From assembly GCA_951406725.2 (NCBI GenBank), contig OX597830.1, positions 37,138,001 through 37,202,000 of the forward strand: a DNA stretch of 64,000 nt, read 5' to 3'. Made by a program: the position numbers and the translations under genes. This DNA is from Octopus vulgaris. Its lineage: Eukaryota. Below the pieces are notes generated by a model. It was given only the letters and a program-made list of their open reading frames with translations. It had not been told where the DNA came from and made no database searches. Shown here in pieces: positions 1 to 13,364 of this stretch. The first letter of the stretch is position 1, and every line of letters starts with the position of its first letter.

Positions 1-38
1 ATATGGTTGGGAAGCAAGCTTGTTACCACACAGCCACA
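1..38 (-). mobile_element. SINE family A, 5' head fragment (runs off window start)
   Basis: tggttgggaagcaagcttgttaccacacagccac matches the reverse complement of the tRNA-like head of the full copies (e.g. 46290-46689). Confidence 0.8.
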
Positions 39-160
39 ACAAATAATATATATGACACTTACATATAATATGTATGATTAATAATTTTGTGTCTACCTAC
101 CTATCTGTCTGTTTTCTCTTTCCCATATCTTCTTTTTCTCTCAATTTAAATATATACACA

Positions 161-205
<45 letters not shown>

Positions 206-1611
206 GTATATATATATGTATGTATATATGTATGTATGTATGTATGTATATGTATAAGCAGACACTTATACACTCCTAACGCTGGTGTCATATATTAGAT
301 TAACTGTTTTTAAAACTGCATATCGCTCTGTATTATCCAATTCAGCAGCTGTTATATTCACAGATTTAAACTTTGGAATCATATCCGGTTTTGCTTGAAT
401 TGCATATATATTTATCTGTGTGAATAGACCAGCTTCTCTATCCCCCCTCTCTATCCCCTCACCTTTTTCTCTCTCTCTCTATGTATATATGTTCACGCAT
501 ATATCTTTATATGTTTTCTAGAAATCTTTATTTATATCATTACTTTTCATTCTCATAAACAGCGTGTCTTGTGTCAGCGTGTTGTACTAACCGTAAATTT
601 CAGACATTTCTGCATTGTAAAATTCTGCTCACTGATTCGTTAAATGACTAGAATGTTTAGCAAAGAACGCTACAGACAGCAACTAATATATTCGCATAAT
701 AATTTACTCGAAAATTCTACAGTAATTCAGTTCTCGAATTCTATTATAATTCACTCTGGTTAAAGAAAGAAAATGAAATTTTTCTACGTAGTTATGATTG
801 GAACGATGGACGTGTCACCGACACGAACTAGAAGTACTATTCGAACAAGAAAAATTAAGGAATGTTCTCAGACAATCTGGAATATGGCTACACGGAGCCG
901 ATGGCCTAGCAGTCTCACAGGATATGTACGGACAGAGGGGGAACACTTTTAGAAAAAAAAAAAAAGAAATTAAGAAATATTTTCGTTGAAGGAGTTTAAT
1001 TACAAAATCAAACAGTCCTTAGTAAATATTTTATGCATACAATTAAATACATCAACACGAAGAAATATCTTTGTAGAAAAATAAACAAAATTCCGTTCGA
1101 TAATGAAAAAAAAAGTATGCATTAAAAAACAACCACCTTCAATGATAAATAATAACAAAATGTGTATTTCCGTAATGTCATTCAACAAAACTATATTCAA
1201 ACAAGCACAGCCTTTTGATATGAGTCACTAAATGTGAGCAGAGGCAAAGCAAAGTCGGGATACATAAACAACGTCAGTAAAACAAATTATATGAAATTCA
1301 GATTATCCCCAAAAATGTCAATTGTTTCAACTCCAGGTTTCACTGAATCTCACGATAAATGTGGTGAAAATTGCCAAATTCTCGTAACCCTACCCCATCA
1401 ATAGATACCAGAAACTATTTACCATGAGCAAAGTAAGAATAGATACAGCTATTAAAGAAGCCTATAACGATTACATAAATTAAGTTACATATATTAAATT
1501 TTGTGAAACTACCACTGAACGACCTTGGTAAAACAACGCTTTTGAAAATAACCACTTAAGTTGCCGGTGATGTTCGCATGGAGCGATTATGACTATTATT
1601 ATGAACATAGA

Positions 1612-1718
1612 ATATATATACATATATATGTATATATGTGTATATATACATACTTACATACATACATATATATATATATATACATACATATACATATACA
1701 TATATATACATATACATA

Positions 1719-1750
<32 letters not shown>

Positions 1751-1783
1751 CATACATATACTTACATACATATACTTACATAC

Positions 1784-1869
<86 letters not shown>

Positions 1870-1882
1870 TGTATGTATATAT
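1612..1882. repeat. (TA)n/(TACA)n compound microsatellite
   Basis: Direct reading; source of YI-repeat pseudo-ORFs. Confidence 0.95.
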
Positions 1883-1885
1883 AGC

Positions 1886-2027
1886 AAGTGACTAAGGGTA
1901 CTGGTTAGCACAAGCATTGCTAGGAACAGAAGCCAATGGCTCACTTATAAGCGCGTTATCGTGGCTTAAGAGTTGTTTTGACTCTTATTTCTAGCAACGG
2001 TGTGCTAAATAGTGCCCTTAGTCATTT
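1886..2027. repeat. Degenerate ~48-bp inverted repeat next to (TA)n
   Basis: aagtgactaagggtactggttagcacaagcattgctagg pairs with tctagcaacggtgtgctaaatagtgcccttagtcattt. Confidence 0.7.
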
Positions 2028-2076
2028 AGTGACATTTATAGTTCTGCATTTCAGGTGTAAATTGCGAATAAGTCAC

Positions 2077-2110
<34 letters not shown>

Positions 2111-2325
2111 GTCTTATGGGTTAATGCTACCATTGGTTTCATGTTGAGGGAAGTCAATCAATATTTCTCAAGCCTGTCACATGGAGACGAATACCGATGT
2201 TCCATATGGCGATCTTGATAATTATTGATGGAATGACCTGTACTTGAAGCCAATGATAATCTTAACACATAAATAATTTTTATCCACCTATGCACTAATT
2301 CTCATTATTCGATATTAACGTATGT

Positions 2326-2620
<295 letters not shown>

Positions 2621-2621
2621 T

Positions 2622-3014
2622 TCTTTTATTCGTTTTTCTTTTTTTGGTTCAGTCTTTTGACTGCGGCTATGCTGGAGCACCACCTTTAGTCGAACAAATC
2701 GATTCCAGGACTTATTCTTCGTAAGCCTAGTACTTATTCTATCGGTCTCTTTTGCTGAACCGCTAGCTTAAGGGGAGATAAACACACCAAATCGGTTGTG
2801 AAGCGATGGTAGGGGGACAAGCACAGAGAAACAATTATATACATATATATACGACGGGCTTCTTTCAGTTTCCGTCAACCAAATCCACTCACAAGGATTT
2901 GGTCGGTCCGAGGTTATACTAGAATACTCTAGCCCAAGGTGCCATGCAGTGGGACTGAAGCCGGGACCAATGGTTGGTAAGCAAGCTACTGACCACACAA
3001 CTACACCTGCGCCT
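2622..3014 (-). mobile_element. SINE family A, full length
   Basis: Minus-strand tRNA-like head with A/B-box-like motifs, ccttggg core, internal TA tract and tail ggtgctccagcatagccgcagtc; more than 10 homologous copies in window. Confidence 0.9.
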
Positions 3015-3372
3015 ATATATATGTGTGTGTCTATGTGTGTGCGTTTGTGTGTGTGCGTGTCTGTGTGTGTGTGTTTGCACGCGCGTTGGATAGACTTGGA
3101 TGATCTTGTAATCATTGTGAATGTTTTGCATCAAAACAGCCAAATTTAGTAAACATCAATGGAAAACTTGGCTGTTACGTAGATGTGTATAGCAACGATT
3201 GTCATATTCATTTGATAATGTCGAAATTCGGGAAGAAAAATCAGCTTAGCTGTTCATGATTTATTGAATTATATACGAAACGTGGAGCAGTTTTCGAACA
3301 CAAATTATTTCTTTATCTAATTCTTTCGGCGCATTTTTTATGTAAAAATACATTTAAAGTGGAGATTTATAG

Positions 3373-3591
<219 letters not shown>

Positions 3592-4049
3592 TAGTCTTAT
3601 ATTTGTATAACGTATTGTTTCTCGAAGTTAATATTTAATTTGAACATTCTTTCGTTGACGATGAAGTTTGGATTGTTTTCAAACTTTCCATAAACACATT
3701 TCAAATATCTTCTTTTCTGATTTTATTTTCAAATATTCCAAGACCGTCTTTGTTGTTTTCAGATACCTTTTTGTTAAAAATAAATAATGCATATGTCAAG
3801 CTGGTACAGTAGTGTGAATATGATTAAATGAACATTTAGTTGGAATAACGCACAACCTCACCTAACGTAACATAAGTATATATTGCAAAAAATGGCAATA
3901 TCTTACGTTTTAGTTCTAGAATCGAACTACGATAAAGTACAGCAGTAGTGTTCGTGTGAATGGCATAGGAGTGAAAATGTTCCTTACAAATCTACTTGAA
4001 ATGAGTTAAATCGTATTACTCTCAGATGGTTTGCAAACAACTTGCACAT

Positions 4050-5800
4050 GCAAGTGCTACCAATCGAGAAATCCGCATACCAGAAGCCAGCAAGTGTATG
4101 GTCTCATCAGCTGAGAATGCCTGCCGTTTCGGGGCCTACTTCTCGACAGAATCAATGCGCACCGGCCCCACGCCTCACTGATAGGAGGCCCCATTTGCTA
4201 GATCAACTGGTTTTTAGATATAGCTCAATATTCTTCTAGCCATCGGTCATCGTCTCTTTTTAACCAAATCCAGTGGCTACCCTTTTCCACTGCAGTTTGG
4301 ATATCGGTCATGGTGGTATTTACTTTAAGATGAGTTAGGCCTAACGATAACGTCAATCGTCTCACACTGTTTCCAACAAACCCTCTACATCCGACTTCGA
4401 TTGGAAAATACTCTGCTTTCCAGCCTGCATCTTCACATTCTTCGAGGAGGATTACATAACGGTCAATCTATCGAGCCCGATCGGCGTCCATGTTATCTTC
4501 ATGAGGAACCGTTAACTCTACTAGAATTACAACTTTCTTTCCTTCACACCACATTAAAATATCCAGTTTTATCGTAACTAAGATGGGAAAGAGTCCCTGG
4601 CACCCTGGTAAATCTGCAGTCACCTCCCAATAGCCGTTCCACTTTTCCTCGCTCACAGGAGGTTTTTGTTCTTCTTGAAAAGAAACCGCTGTCCCGAGCG
4701 CACAAATGTAATGAAATCTGTAGTCGGTACCTTCAACGGATTTTTTCCATGATGTTGAGATCAATTTGGTTTTTTATAGCATTGAGGATAACCTTAAGGA
4801 CCAGGTTGTGTTTCCATATATAATGTTCAGTGCTAATGAACAGCTGGAAAGAATATGTTTCAGTGCTCCGACCTTTCCGCATTTGCATATAAACGCTGAG
4901 TCGTTCCATCTTACTAGATTTGTAGGTGATGGTAAAACATCATAGGATGAACGAATCAGAAAGCTTAGCCAATATGTGGTCCACCTCCATATCTCATCCC
5001 AACTTATTTTCCTCTCAACAACATGCTCCTCCCATCTCGTCATCAATCCTTGTTGAATACATTGGATCAAATGAAGCTCTCTTCTCTCTGCTTTCCTCGT
5101 TTTGACGCAGTTGCTAACAACAGATCTGCATTCGTTCCGCATCATAATTGCAAACGGTTTGAACTGATCTGCACCAAAACCAAGTCCCTTCCGATGATTT
5201 TGCGTTGCTCCCACCATGTCTCGATGAGAAGACAAGATGTCATCAGTCTCTGCTTCTGCTTTCCACTTCCTGGCTGTTTTCATCTCTGGTGGATTACGCC
5301 TGATTTCCATGTCCTTCGACTCTCAGTATCATTGCCGCTCGTACCTGCCCCAGTTTATATATTTCGACTATTGACGCAAGTGGTGACTACAACGAGCCTC
5401 GTTGACAGTAGACAGCTGAACTGTTCAACAATTGAGGTAGGCCTAGCCACTTTCTAATGAACACTTTACATTTTTGTTCAACGATCTGAACTCGTGGCAA
5501 TGCTACCTCGTATATTAAAAGTGACCAGGAAAGTCGCGGATATAAACCGCATTGTAAACACCAAATTTTATATCTACCTGGTAACTTTTCGTTATCAATC
5601 GCTGATTACCCAACTCTTGACGGGTTCTTTTTTGACTGTTGGAAGGCTTTCTTCAGCTAGTCGAAACTTAAATTCTGTCTGCACTCCATTAACGAATGTC
5701 AGACTACGCGTGTTTTTTGCTCTAAACCGCATCCTTCACCTCGGTGCCAATCTGCTGTAAAATCTCCAGCTGTAAACCTCATCTCGAAACTGTCATAATA
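4050..5800 (-). mobile_element. 5'-truncated, frameshifted RLE-type non-LTR retrotransposon (HERO-like)
   Basis: Fragments read RKWLGLP..., RKWKAE..HRDMVGATQNHRKGLG, LSFLIRSSYDVLPSPTNLVRW, CCHC-like knuckle (CKCGKVGALKHILSSC), endonuclease LDILMW..VILVELTVPHED..GWKAEYFPIEVGCRGF, and C-terminus EKGSHWIWLKR; stop at 4225-4227, then 3' UTR. Confidence 0.88.
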
Positions 5801-6149
5801 CATCCTCATTATTTGTGTTACTTTATCTGGAATGTAATTACCCTCTAAGGAGTTGTAATTACTCAAAATGCAAATCTAATTTCCTGTCATTTTTTTAATA
5901 GCAAGTTCCTTTGGATTTGTAATTAAAATGTTCGCTTTCTACCTGTGTAGCTTTGGGTTCAGCCCCACTGCGTTGCACCCTCAAGGAGTGTCCTTTTTGT
6001 TTTTCTGTTTATCCTCACAGCTTGACAAACGGGTCTGGTTTTTCTACGTCCCAGGATCAACAGTTCGACAAAGAGGCTGATAGCATTAATAACGAGATTA
6101 AAAAAGAAAAAGAAAACGAACCCGACTCCACGCAAAAATCCCAAGTGCT

Positions 6150-6250
6150 AGTATCAATGTTTTCCACTAAACCCTTGCATGGCGGTGCCCCAGCATGGCT
6201 GGGGTACAGCGACAAAACCAAGGAAAAAATAAAGGATAAAAGAAAGAATG
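6150..6250 (+). mobile_element. SINE family A, degenerate 3' tail
   Basis: ggcggtgccccagcatggct...aaaaaataaaggataaaag matches family A tail. Confidence 0.65.
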
Positions 6251-6554
6251 AATTGTAAGTATACTAAATGCAAAAATCTATTCTGTCCTCAAATTTTCTT
6301 TCACGAGTTCTTATAGGTAACACCGTAAATTGTCTTTTGTCTCCACTTTAGAAAAAAATTGAATAAAGTTTCTTTATGATTAAAAAAAATAGCAAATGAC
6401 TAGAACGAAACGATATGAAAATAAAATATTTCAAGAAAATGTGGCCATGCCCATCGACCCATGGTCAGTCGTCTTGTGCTTCATTGTCCTCCGTTCCTTA
6501 CCATTCAGGAATTCCTTTACTGTATTAACTTAATGATGCGTTTCCAAATAACTC

Positions 6555-6622
<68 letters not shown>

Positions 6623-7466
6623 GTAGAAAAAGGAAAAATGCACATAGTTTTAACATATTTTTCAATATATTTTGTAAGTGTAAGTGTATTGTGCTTGTCG
6701 AGCAGTTTCGCTTTCGCTAATCATGCCATTGAAATTATTGTAATTTCTTATTTTTATAACAAGATTTTAGTCCATGTTATTGACTGAGAGTTTGTGAATA
6801 AATCAACAAGTAGCAAAATCTAAGGAGAGGTAATTGGTGATTATTATTATTCAGGACAGGCGAGGTAATTGCTCATATTTTTTTTTCTTGCCGGGGGATA
6901 AACAAATATACAAATCCTCAAAAGCTAAATTGGTGAGATGAAATATATTCAGTGATGGATATATAATCGGTTTCCCAAAGTACATAAAGATTCCTTTGAG
7001 TGAAGGCATAGAGAGATGTGCAGGTAATATCCAAGCAAACTTCACAGTTTTCCCCATCTACCAGTGTAAAGAAACTATTTCTGTATAAGAACGTTTAAAT
7101 AAAGAAAATCTATTTATCGAAAAATAAAGAACATGCCTTAATATGAACGCATAACCAGCTTTAGTCTCAGTATGTATTTTAATAACTGATCACTTAGACA
7201 TCACTGTACATATTTCATCTCACTATTTTAGCTTTTGAGTTTTTGTGTACTTATTTATCCCCGCTCACAAAAAAATGTGCATAAAATGTAATCGACCTGT
7301 TCCTCCCCTCAAAAGAAAAGGCATTTATTGAGCACTTTGTGGAAAATAACACGAAATGATTACTGATGCATTAAGTATATATGCCCGTAGAACGTAAATA
7401 CATAGATTCATTTGTCTCTCACTGTATATATATATATATATATATATGAATGTATACACACACACA

Positions 7467-7566
<100 letters not shown>

Positions 7567-7570
7567 CATG

Positions 7571-7912
7571 AATGCTTACCAACGACCTGCGTGGCATCTT
7601 GAATGAGTGTCTTCAACTATAGCCATGGGACAATCACAACCTTGTGAGTGGATTCGGTTGATGGAAACTGAAAGAATCCTGTCGTATATATATATATGTG
7701 TGTGTGTGTGTATTTTGTGCCTGTGTTTGTCCTCTTACATCGCTTGATGCTGTTGTGTTTACGTGTCCGTAACTTAGGGGTTCGGCAAAAGAAACCGATA
7801 GAATAAGTACTAGTCTTACAAAGAATAAGTCCTGGCCTCGATATATTCGATTAAAGGCGGTGCTCCAGTATCGCCGCAGTAAAATTGCGGAAACAAATAA
7901 AATAATAAAAGA
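7571..7912 (+). mobile_element. SINE family A, head-deleted copy
   Basis: ccttgtgagtggattcggttgatggaaactgaaagaa ... ggcggtgctccagtatcgccgcag. Confidence 0.85.
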
Positions 7913-8944
7913 ATATATATGTTGTGATTTGTTAGCCAGATGTAGACAGGACATTTAAATAATCGCATATACATACACACTCTCACAATCCTTTTATGTC
8001 TATCCCGTCTCACGCGTACATTCTCACTAACATCCGTATAAATACAGAACCTGTAAACTAGGAGACGGACTGACCTTCAGAAGAGAGAATATGTCATTCA
8101 CGAGGTCAGTCTTGTCATCGCGAACGGCGGCGACAGATCTGACGGACCTAACTGAGAAGATTAACCGACTGAACCATTAATCGAACAATCGATTAGTTAA
8201 TGAGTTAAATATTTCACTAATGGAAAAAAAAACCAAAAAATAAATAAAAAATTAAAAAAAAAAAATATAAAGCAAAACTAGTGAGTGTGTTTATTATTGG
8301 CATAATGAGTCTTTGACTATATAAATCTGTTTCTACACACAATTTCTCATCAAGAATCTTGCAAACCAAATACAGACACGGAATATATATTATATGTTCA
8401 CAATTTAGCATTATTAACTAAAGGAATTTCAGAGCGGTATATACTACCTTTCGATTGCTATTTTCTCGACTATAGCCGCATGTCCTATAAACAGTTGCAG
8501 TGCCTTTCAAACTGACGGATTTCCCAGACAAGAATTCATAACAGTAGAATTAGTTCTGCGAAATGGAAGAAATCCAGAGACAAAGGTACCTTTTATGTCT
8601 TGCACTTCATTCCCTACTACCACTCCGTTTTCCATTGATAGTGGCATTCCCGTCTTTTCAGAGATTCAGGATTTCACTGTGACCTTAGCAGAGTGGCTAA
8701 CGACTGCTGTGCCTTGCCAAAGGGCAACACGTGATTTTGACCGTGGCTAACCTGTATATCGTATAGCAATTCTCCTATCTGCAAACTTGAGACCCGATGG
8801 ATGAGAGTTAATATAACCACACTATACAGTATATAAAATGTACTCTAAAATGTACCTACAGTATACGATAATATATGATAGTCAGTATAGTATATTTAAT
8901 ATTGTGTATATAGTAAATAATACACTATATTCACTAAGTATACT

Positions 8945-9327
8945 TTTTTGTTCTTTTACTTGTTTCAGTCACTTGAGTGTGGTCATACTGCCTTTAGTAG
9001 AAATAATCGATCCCAGGACTTATTCATGTAACCCTAGTTCTTATTCTATCAATCTCTTTTGCCTAACCTCTAGGTTACGGGGACGTAAACACAACAATAT
9101 CAGTTGTCAAGCGATAGTGGGAAACAAACACAGACACACAAATACACAAATACACACACACACATATATATATATATGACGGGTTTCTTACAGTTTCCAT
9201 CTACCAAATCTACTCACAAAGCTTTGGTCAGCCCGAGGCTATAGCAGAAGACATTTGCCCAAGGTGCTACGCAATGGAACGGAACCCGAAATTATATGGT
9301 TGGGAAGCAAGCTTTTTACCACGTATC

Positions 9328-9370
<43 letters not shown>

Positions 9371-9495
9371 TGCGACGGGCTTCTTACAGTTTCCGTCTAC
9401 CAAATCCACTCACAAGGCTTTGGTCACAAGGCGTCACGCATGGGACTGAACTCGGAACAATATGGTTGTGAAGCAAGCTTCTTACTACAAACCAC
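8945..9495 (-). mobile_element. SINE family A full copy (8945-9328) plus tandem partial head copy (9372-9495)
   Basis: Homology to other copies; segment gacgggcttcttacagtttcc...caagctt occurs twice, separated by (TA)n. Confidence 0.85.
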
Positions 9496-10118
9496 TATTG
9501 TGAATATATTCACTGAAGACATTCTTTTAATTATTTCTTTATATTCCACTGCGTAGCCATTGCTTTTGCTTCGCTTACCTTGACATCAATCAATCAACTC
9601 ACTCTACCTTTCATCATAGATTGGTTTGAAGAACTTCGAGAGGTTGAAAAGCCGTATGTCAGAATGAGAATCTTAACCACTCATATGAATTTCACTAATT
9701 ATCTCCTTGTAATGATTATATCAATTACGAAATTATGATTCTTATAATTAAATAAAGTGTTCTAATGAAAGCCTAGAAATATCAACAACAGCATTGAAAT
9801 TTTCAGCACACATAAACACGTATATATGCAATCACGGATAAACTACACAGCTGCCAGGCCTGCTAGATATAGCAACATAATCTCCCTTAAAACGTAATAC
9901 TCTCTTTGGAAACAAATGGCATACTGGACAACGTCATCTGAGATTTACAAAAGACAGAACGACAGCGGAGGAATTCTTTCATAATACACTAATACTAATA
10001 TAGCGTAAGCTAAAATCTCATACAATGTCCGCCTATCTTTATTCGTGAATTCATAACATGTTGTTTCATTAGTTTTATACAGCAAATATTTTACATTTCT
10101 ATTTTTAAGAGATGAGGA

Positions 10119-10264
10119 ATTATGTACATTATTTACATTCGACGGATATTTGTTGTCATCTTGTTTGTTGTTAACACGTTCGGATGGTATATCAGCCGAA
10201 ACGTTGTGTTAACAACAAACAAGATGAGGACAAACATCCGTCGAATGTAAATAATGTAAATAAT
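10119..10264. repeat. ~58-bp-arm palindrome, probably an inverted Penelope-like terminus
   Basis: attatgtacattatttacattcgacggat...ttgttaacac / gtgttaacaa...atccgtcgaatgtaaataatgtaaataat; centre contains cagccGAAAcgtt, resembling the 3' half of a minimal HHR. Confidence 0.75.
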
Positions 10265-10339
10265 GTAGCAATTATTTTATTGGATTAAAAGTTTGAAAAA
10301 TAGATTATTTTTTTTAGCATATCACCTTGGAAGGCTTAC

Positions 10340-10485
10340 AGATATATTTGGGCCTGTTAGTATCATCTGGATCGGAGCTGCTGAAGACGAAAATGATCAA
10401 TACCATCATTGCAAGGATTATTATCAGCCATAACACGTAGCAACAAGGGACACTTTAAACGAAGATCTGGGTCGTTGTTTCTCAT
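10340..10485 (-). other. Candidate exon or pseudo-exon encoding a transmembrane segment
   Basis: Acceptor ttttcttacag and donor gtaagc; reads CCYVLWLIIILAMMVLIIFVFSSSDPDDTNRPKYI, but that frame has an upstream stop inside the exon. Confidence 0.25.
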
Positions 10486-10645
10486 CTGTAAGAAAATAGT
10501 TAAATAATCTTTTATCACGGACAACTTAAAAATAAAAAAAATATCCCCAAAAACCGAACACAATGTCATAAGATAAAAATATATGTTGCAATACATCCTC
10601 ACAGAATATGCGGCAGATAGGTCAAAGAGCAGCAGCTTTATTACC

Positions 10646-10878
10646 TCTTTCTTTACTACCCACAAGGGGCTATACACAAAGAGGACAAACAAGGACAGAC
10701 AAACGGATTAAGTCGATTACATCGACCCCAGTGCGTAACTGGTACTTATTTAATCGACCCCGAAAAGATGAAAAGCAAAGTCGACCTCGGCGGAATTTGA
10801 ACTCAGAACGTAGCGGAGGAAGAAATACCGCTTAGCATTTCGCCCGGCGTGATAATGTTTCTGCCAGCTCGCCGCCTT
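10646..10878 (-). mobile_element. SINE family B
   Basis: Head ggcggcgagctggcagaaac...gagttcaaattcc, core tttcatcttttcggggtcga, tail ccccttgtgggtagtaaagaaa; flanked by ctttattacc direct repeat. Confidence 0.9.
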
Positions 10879-11569
10879 ATAAACTTTATTACCATCAACA
10901 GCATGATTATAATTATCAGAAACTGGAAAATGTTAAGATTAAGAGAAAGAAAGAGAGAATTACAGAGAGTCACTCTTAGGAGAGAAGCACCACTGAAGAA
11001 TTGATCTTCATTAATTAGTCTCTTGTAGTTTACATAAGAGGCCATCCCCAATCACATTTCCAGAGCCAAAAATATTGAACGAACAGCATTAGATAACTTA
11101 TCGATTTCATAGTAGTGTCACAGAGATTTGATTCTATCTGACATTAACGTGATCATTCTAACAATAGACAAGGTTGAATCTGCTTGAATGTCTGCAGTTG
11201 GCATCTCATACTGTTTCTGCAGTGTGTTATTCGTAAGCTGTTGTCTCTGACAATTCTCTCTTTCATGAGCTAAACTTGTTTAAACTGACTTGATTCAGTG
11301 ATTATACTTCATTTTAATTGACTAAAAAGTTGCAACCATCGGTATGAAATATTGACTATGAAACTGAAAACTTAATTCCATACCGACGGATTCTGACGCC
11401 TCACGCATAAGGTTTTTTTTATATTATTTTACGCCCTGACAGGGTTAGACTTATCTGAGATTCGTAGAGAATCTGTAACATCTAGAAATTATTTTATAGT
11501 GTGCTACTTATTATGGAGTTAAAACTATGCTAAGAAAACTCTTATACAGTCACTAAATGAAGTAGAAAG

Positions 11570-11850
11570 ACAACAGGAGCTGCTCCCCACTGGTAAAAAT
11601 TACAAAAACAGTATTTGTTGGTGAATGCAAACAATCTGCTTCAACGTGGTTGTGGATCAGGAGGTGCGATCTCTAGTATAAGCAGTGCTCTCAGAGTGTT
11701 TGTGCTGACACACATACAAGCCGGGAATTAATCAATCACACATGGGTCTTCTGCATGAGGGTGTGTCATGCTGAAAGACTCGAAATAGCTAATGGCCCCA
11801 GCAAGTGTCACTGATGATGTGTTCATGTCCATCAGAGGATTTTGTATGAA
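11570..11850 (+). mobile_element. Second HERO-like non-LTR retrotransposon, 3' end relic
   Basis: 11611-11676 reads VFVGECKQSASTWLWIRRCDL*, similar to EKGSHWIWLKR of the 4050-5800 element; 3' UTR has the same cGAAA...CTGATGA arrangement. Confidence 0.6.
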
Positions 11851-13111
11851 AAGAGACTGTACCTTCAAAGATACTGCAGCTGATGTATAGAAAGACGAAG
11901 GTGGCTGCGATTCATTCACAATAGAAACCTCCGCTATCTGTAAATAAACCAGACTGTTGGAAACTAAAGAATACATATGGCATCAGTCATAGATGGAGAT
12001 GAAGCCCTGCATTCTTTTTAGATACATTATTAAGCCTATGACTAGTTATTAAAAGTATAAATCAAGCATTAAATATGAAAGTAAAATCACTCAGTCACTT
12101 GAGCGGCTGCAACTCTCCACAGCCAGTATTTCTGCAAGAATATTCTATGTGGAGTAGAACCTAAAGTTCAGTTAGCGATGATTTTGCTTCACGTTAAAGA
12201 AAACGGTACGCCTTTCACAGATCTGTATAATTTCGAAAAAACTATTGACCATTTCTTTTCTCTCAGCGGCGTTTAAAAGCTGTCATTAACAGCCGTTTAA
12301 AGAACATATCTAAAGGGGCCCATTGAAAAACATAGTAGTTTCGAAAATTCTGTCATCGAATAGAAGTTTGGATAGCCGAAGGTACAGAATAACGTTATAA
12401 TATTATAACATCGATGGCTGCCGTTAAATTGGCAGCCATCGAATTCCGAAATTTTGTGAACTGCACTTAAGGCTAAAAGAGTAAAACAAACACAAATACG
12501 CACAGTTCAGTACTATGTGAAGATTAACTTCACTGTGACTTGAGTTTTGCTTAGTCTTTTTCAATAAACCAATAGGCGAATCCTGAAGTCTTATTCAACT
12601 TGATTTTCACAATGAATTTGACTCGAACATAAATTCATTCTGTCAGTACGTTTCCTTCTTATTCTGAAAGTTGTTTAGAAAGTACAGCGTTAACATGGAC
12701 ACAAGCACACACACATCTGCTGCGTTACGGGTTACTTTGATAACATCATATTAGCATAAAGTTTTGGATATATTGATTTGTGGGTTTTTTTTTCTGTCTA
12801 TAAATATGCTGGGACAATACAAAGAATCATCTGTTATATATGATGTAACCATCAATTAAAAGTATGATTTTCGACATTCTTGCTCATGTTCAAACGTACA
12901 TAATTGCATGGATACATACATATATACATACATGCATACATATATACATACATACATATATGCATACATACATGCAGCATACATACATACATGAATTAAA
13001 TAGATCAATTCATGCATACAAGAGTTGATAGCATTGATTGCATGGTAATGTTGGTGAAGGAGGATGTTGATATTGAAAATCCTCACCTATTCTTCCTTAT
13101 ATCGTCTGCAG

Positions 13112-13170
<59 letters not shown>

Positions 13171-13172
<2 letters not shown>

Positions 13173-13318
13173 GACGAGCTTCTTTCAGTTTCCGTCTACC
13201 AAATCCACTCACAAGTCTTTAGTTGGCCTGTGGTTATAATAGAAGATACTTGACCAAGTTGGGACTGAACCCGGAACCATGTGGTTGGTAAGCAAGCCAC
13301 TTACCACACATCTACTCC

Positions 13319-13364
<46 letters not shown>

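Noticed and set aside
5023-5760. Plus-strand ORFs of 144 and 88 aa
   Set aside because: Antisense shadows of the HERO-like ORF
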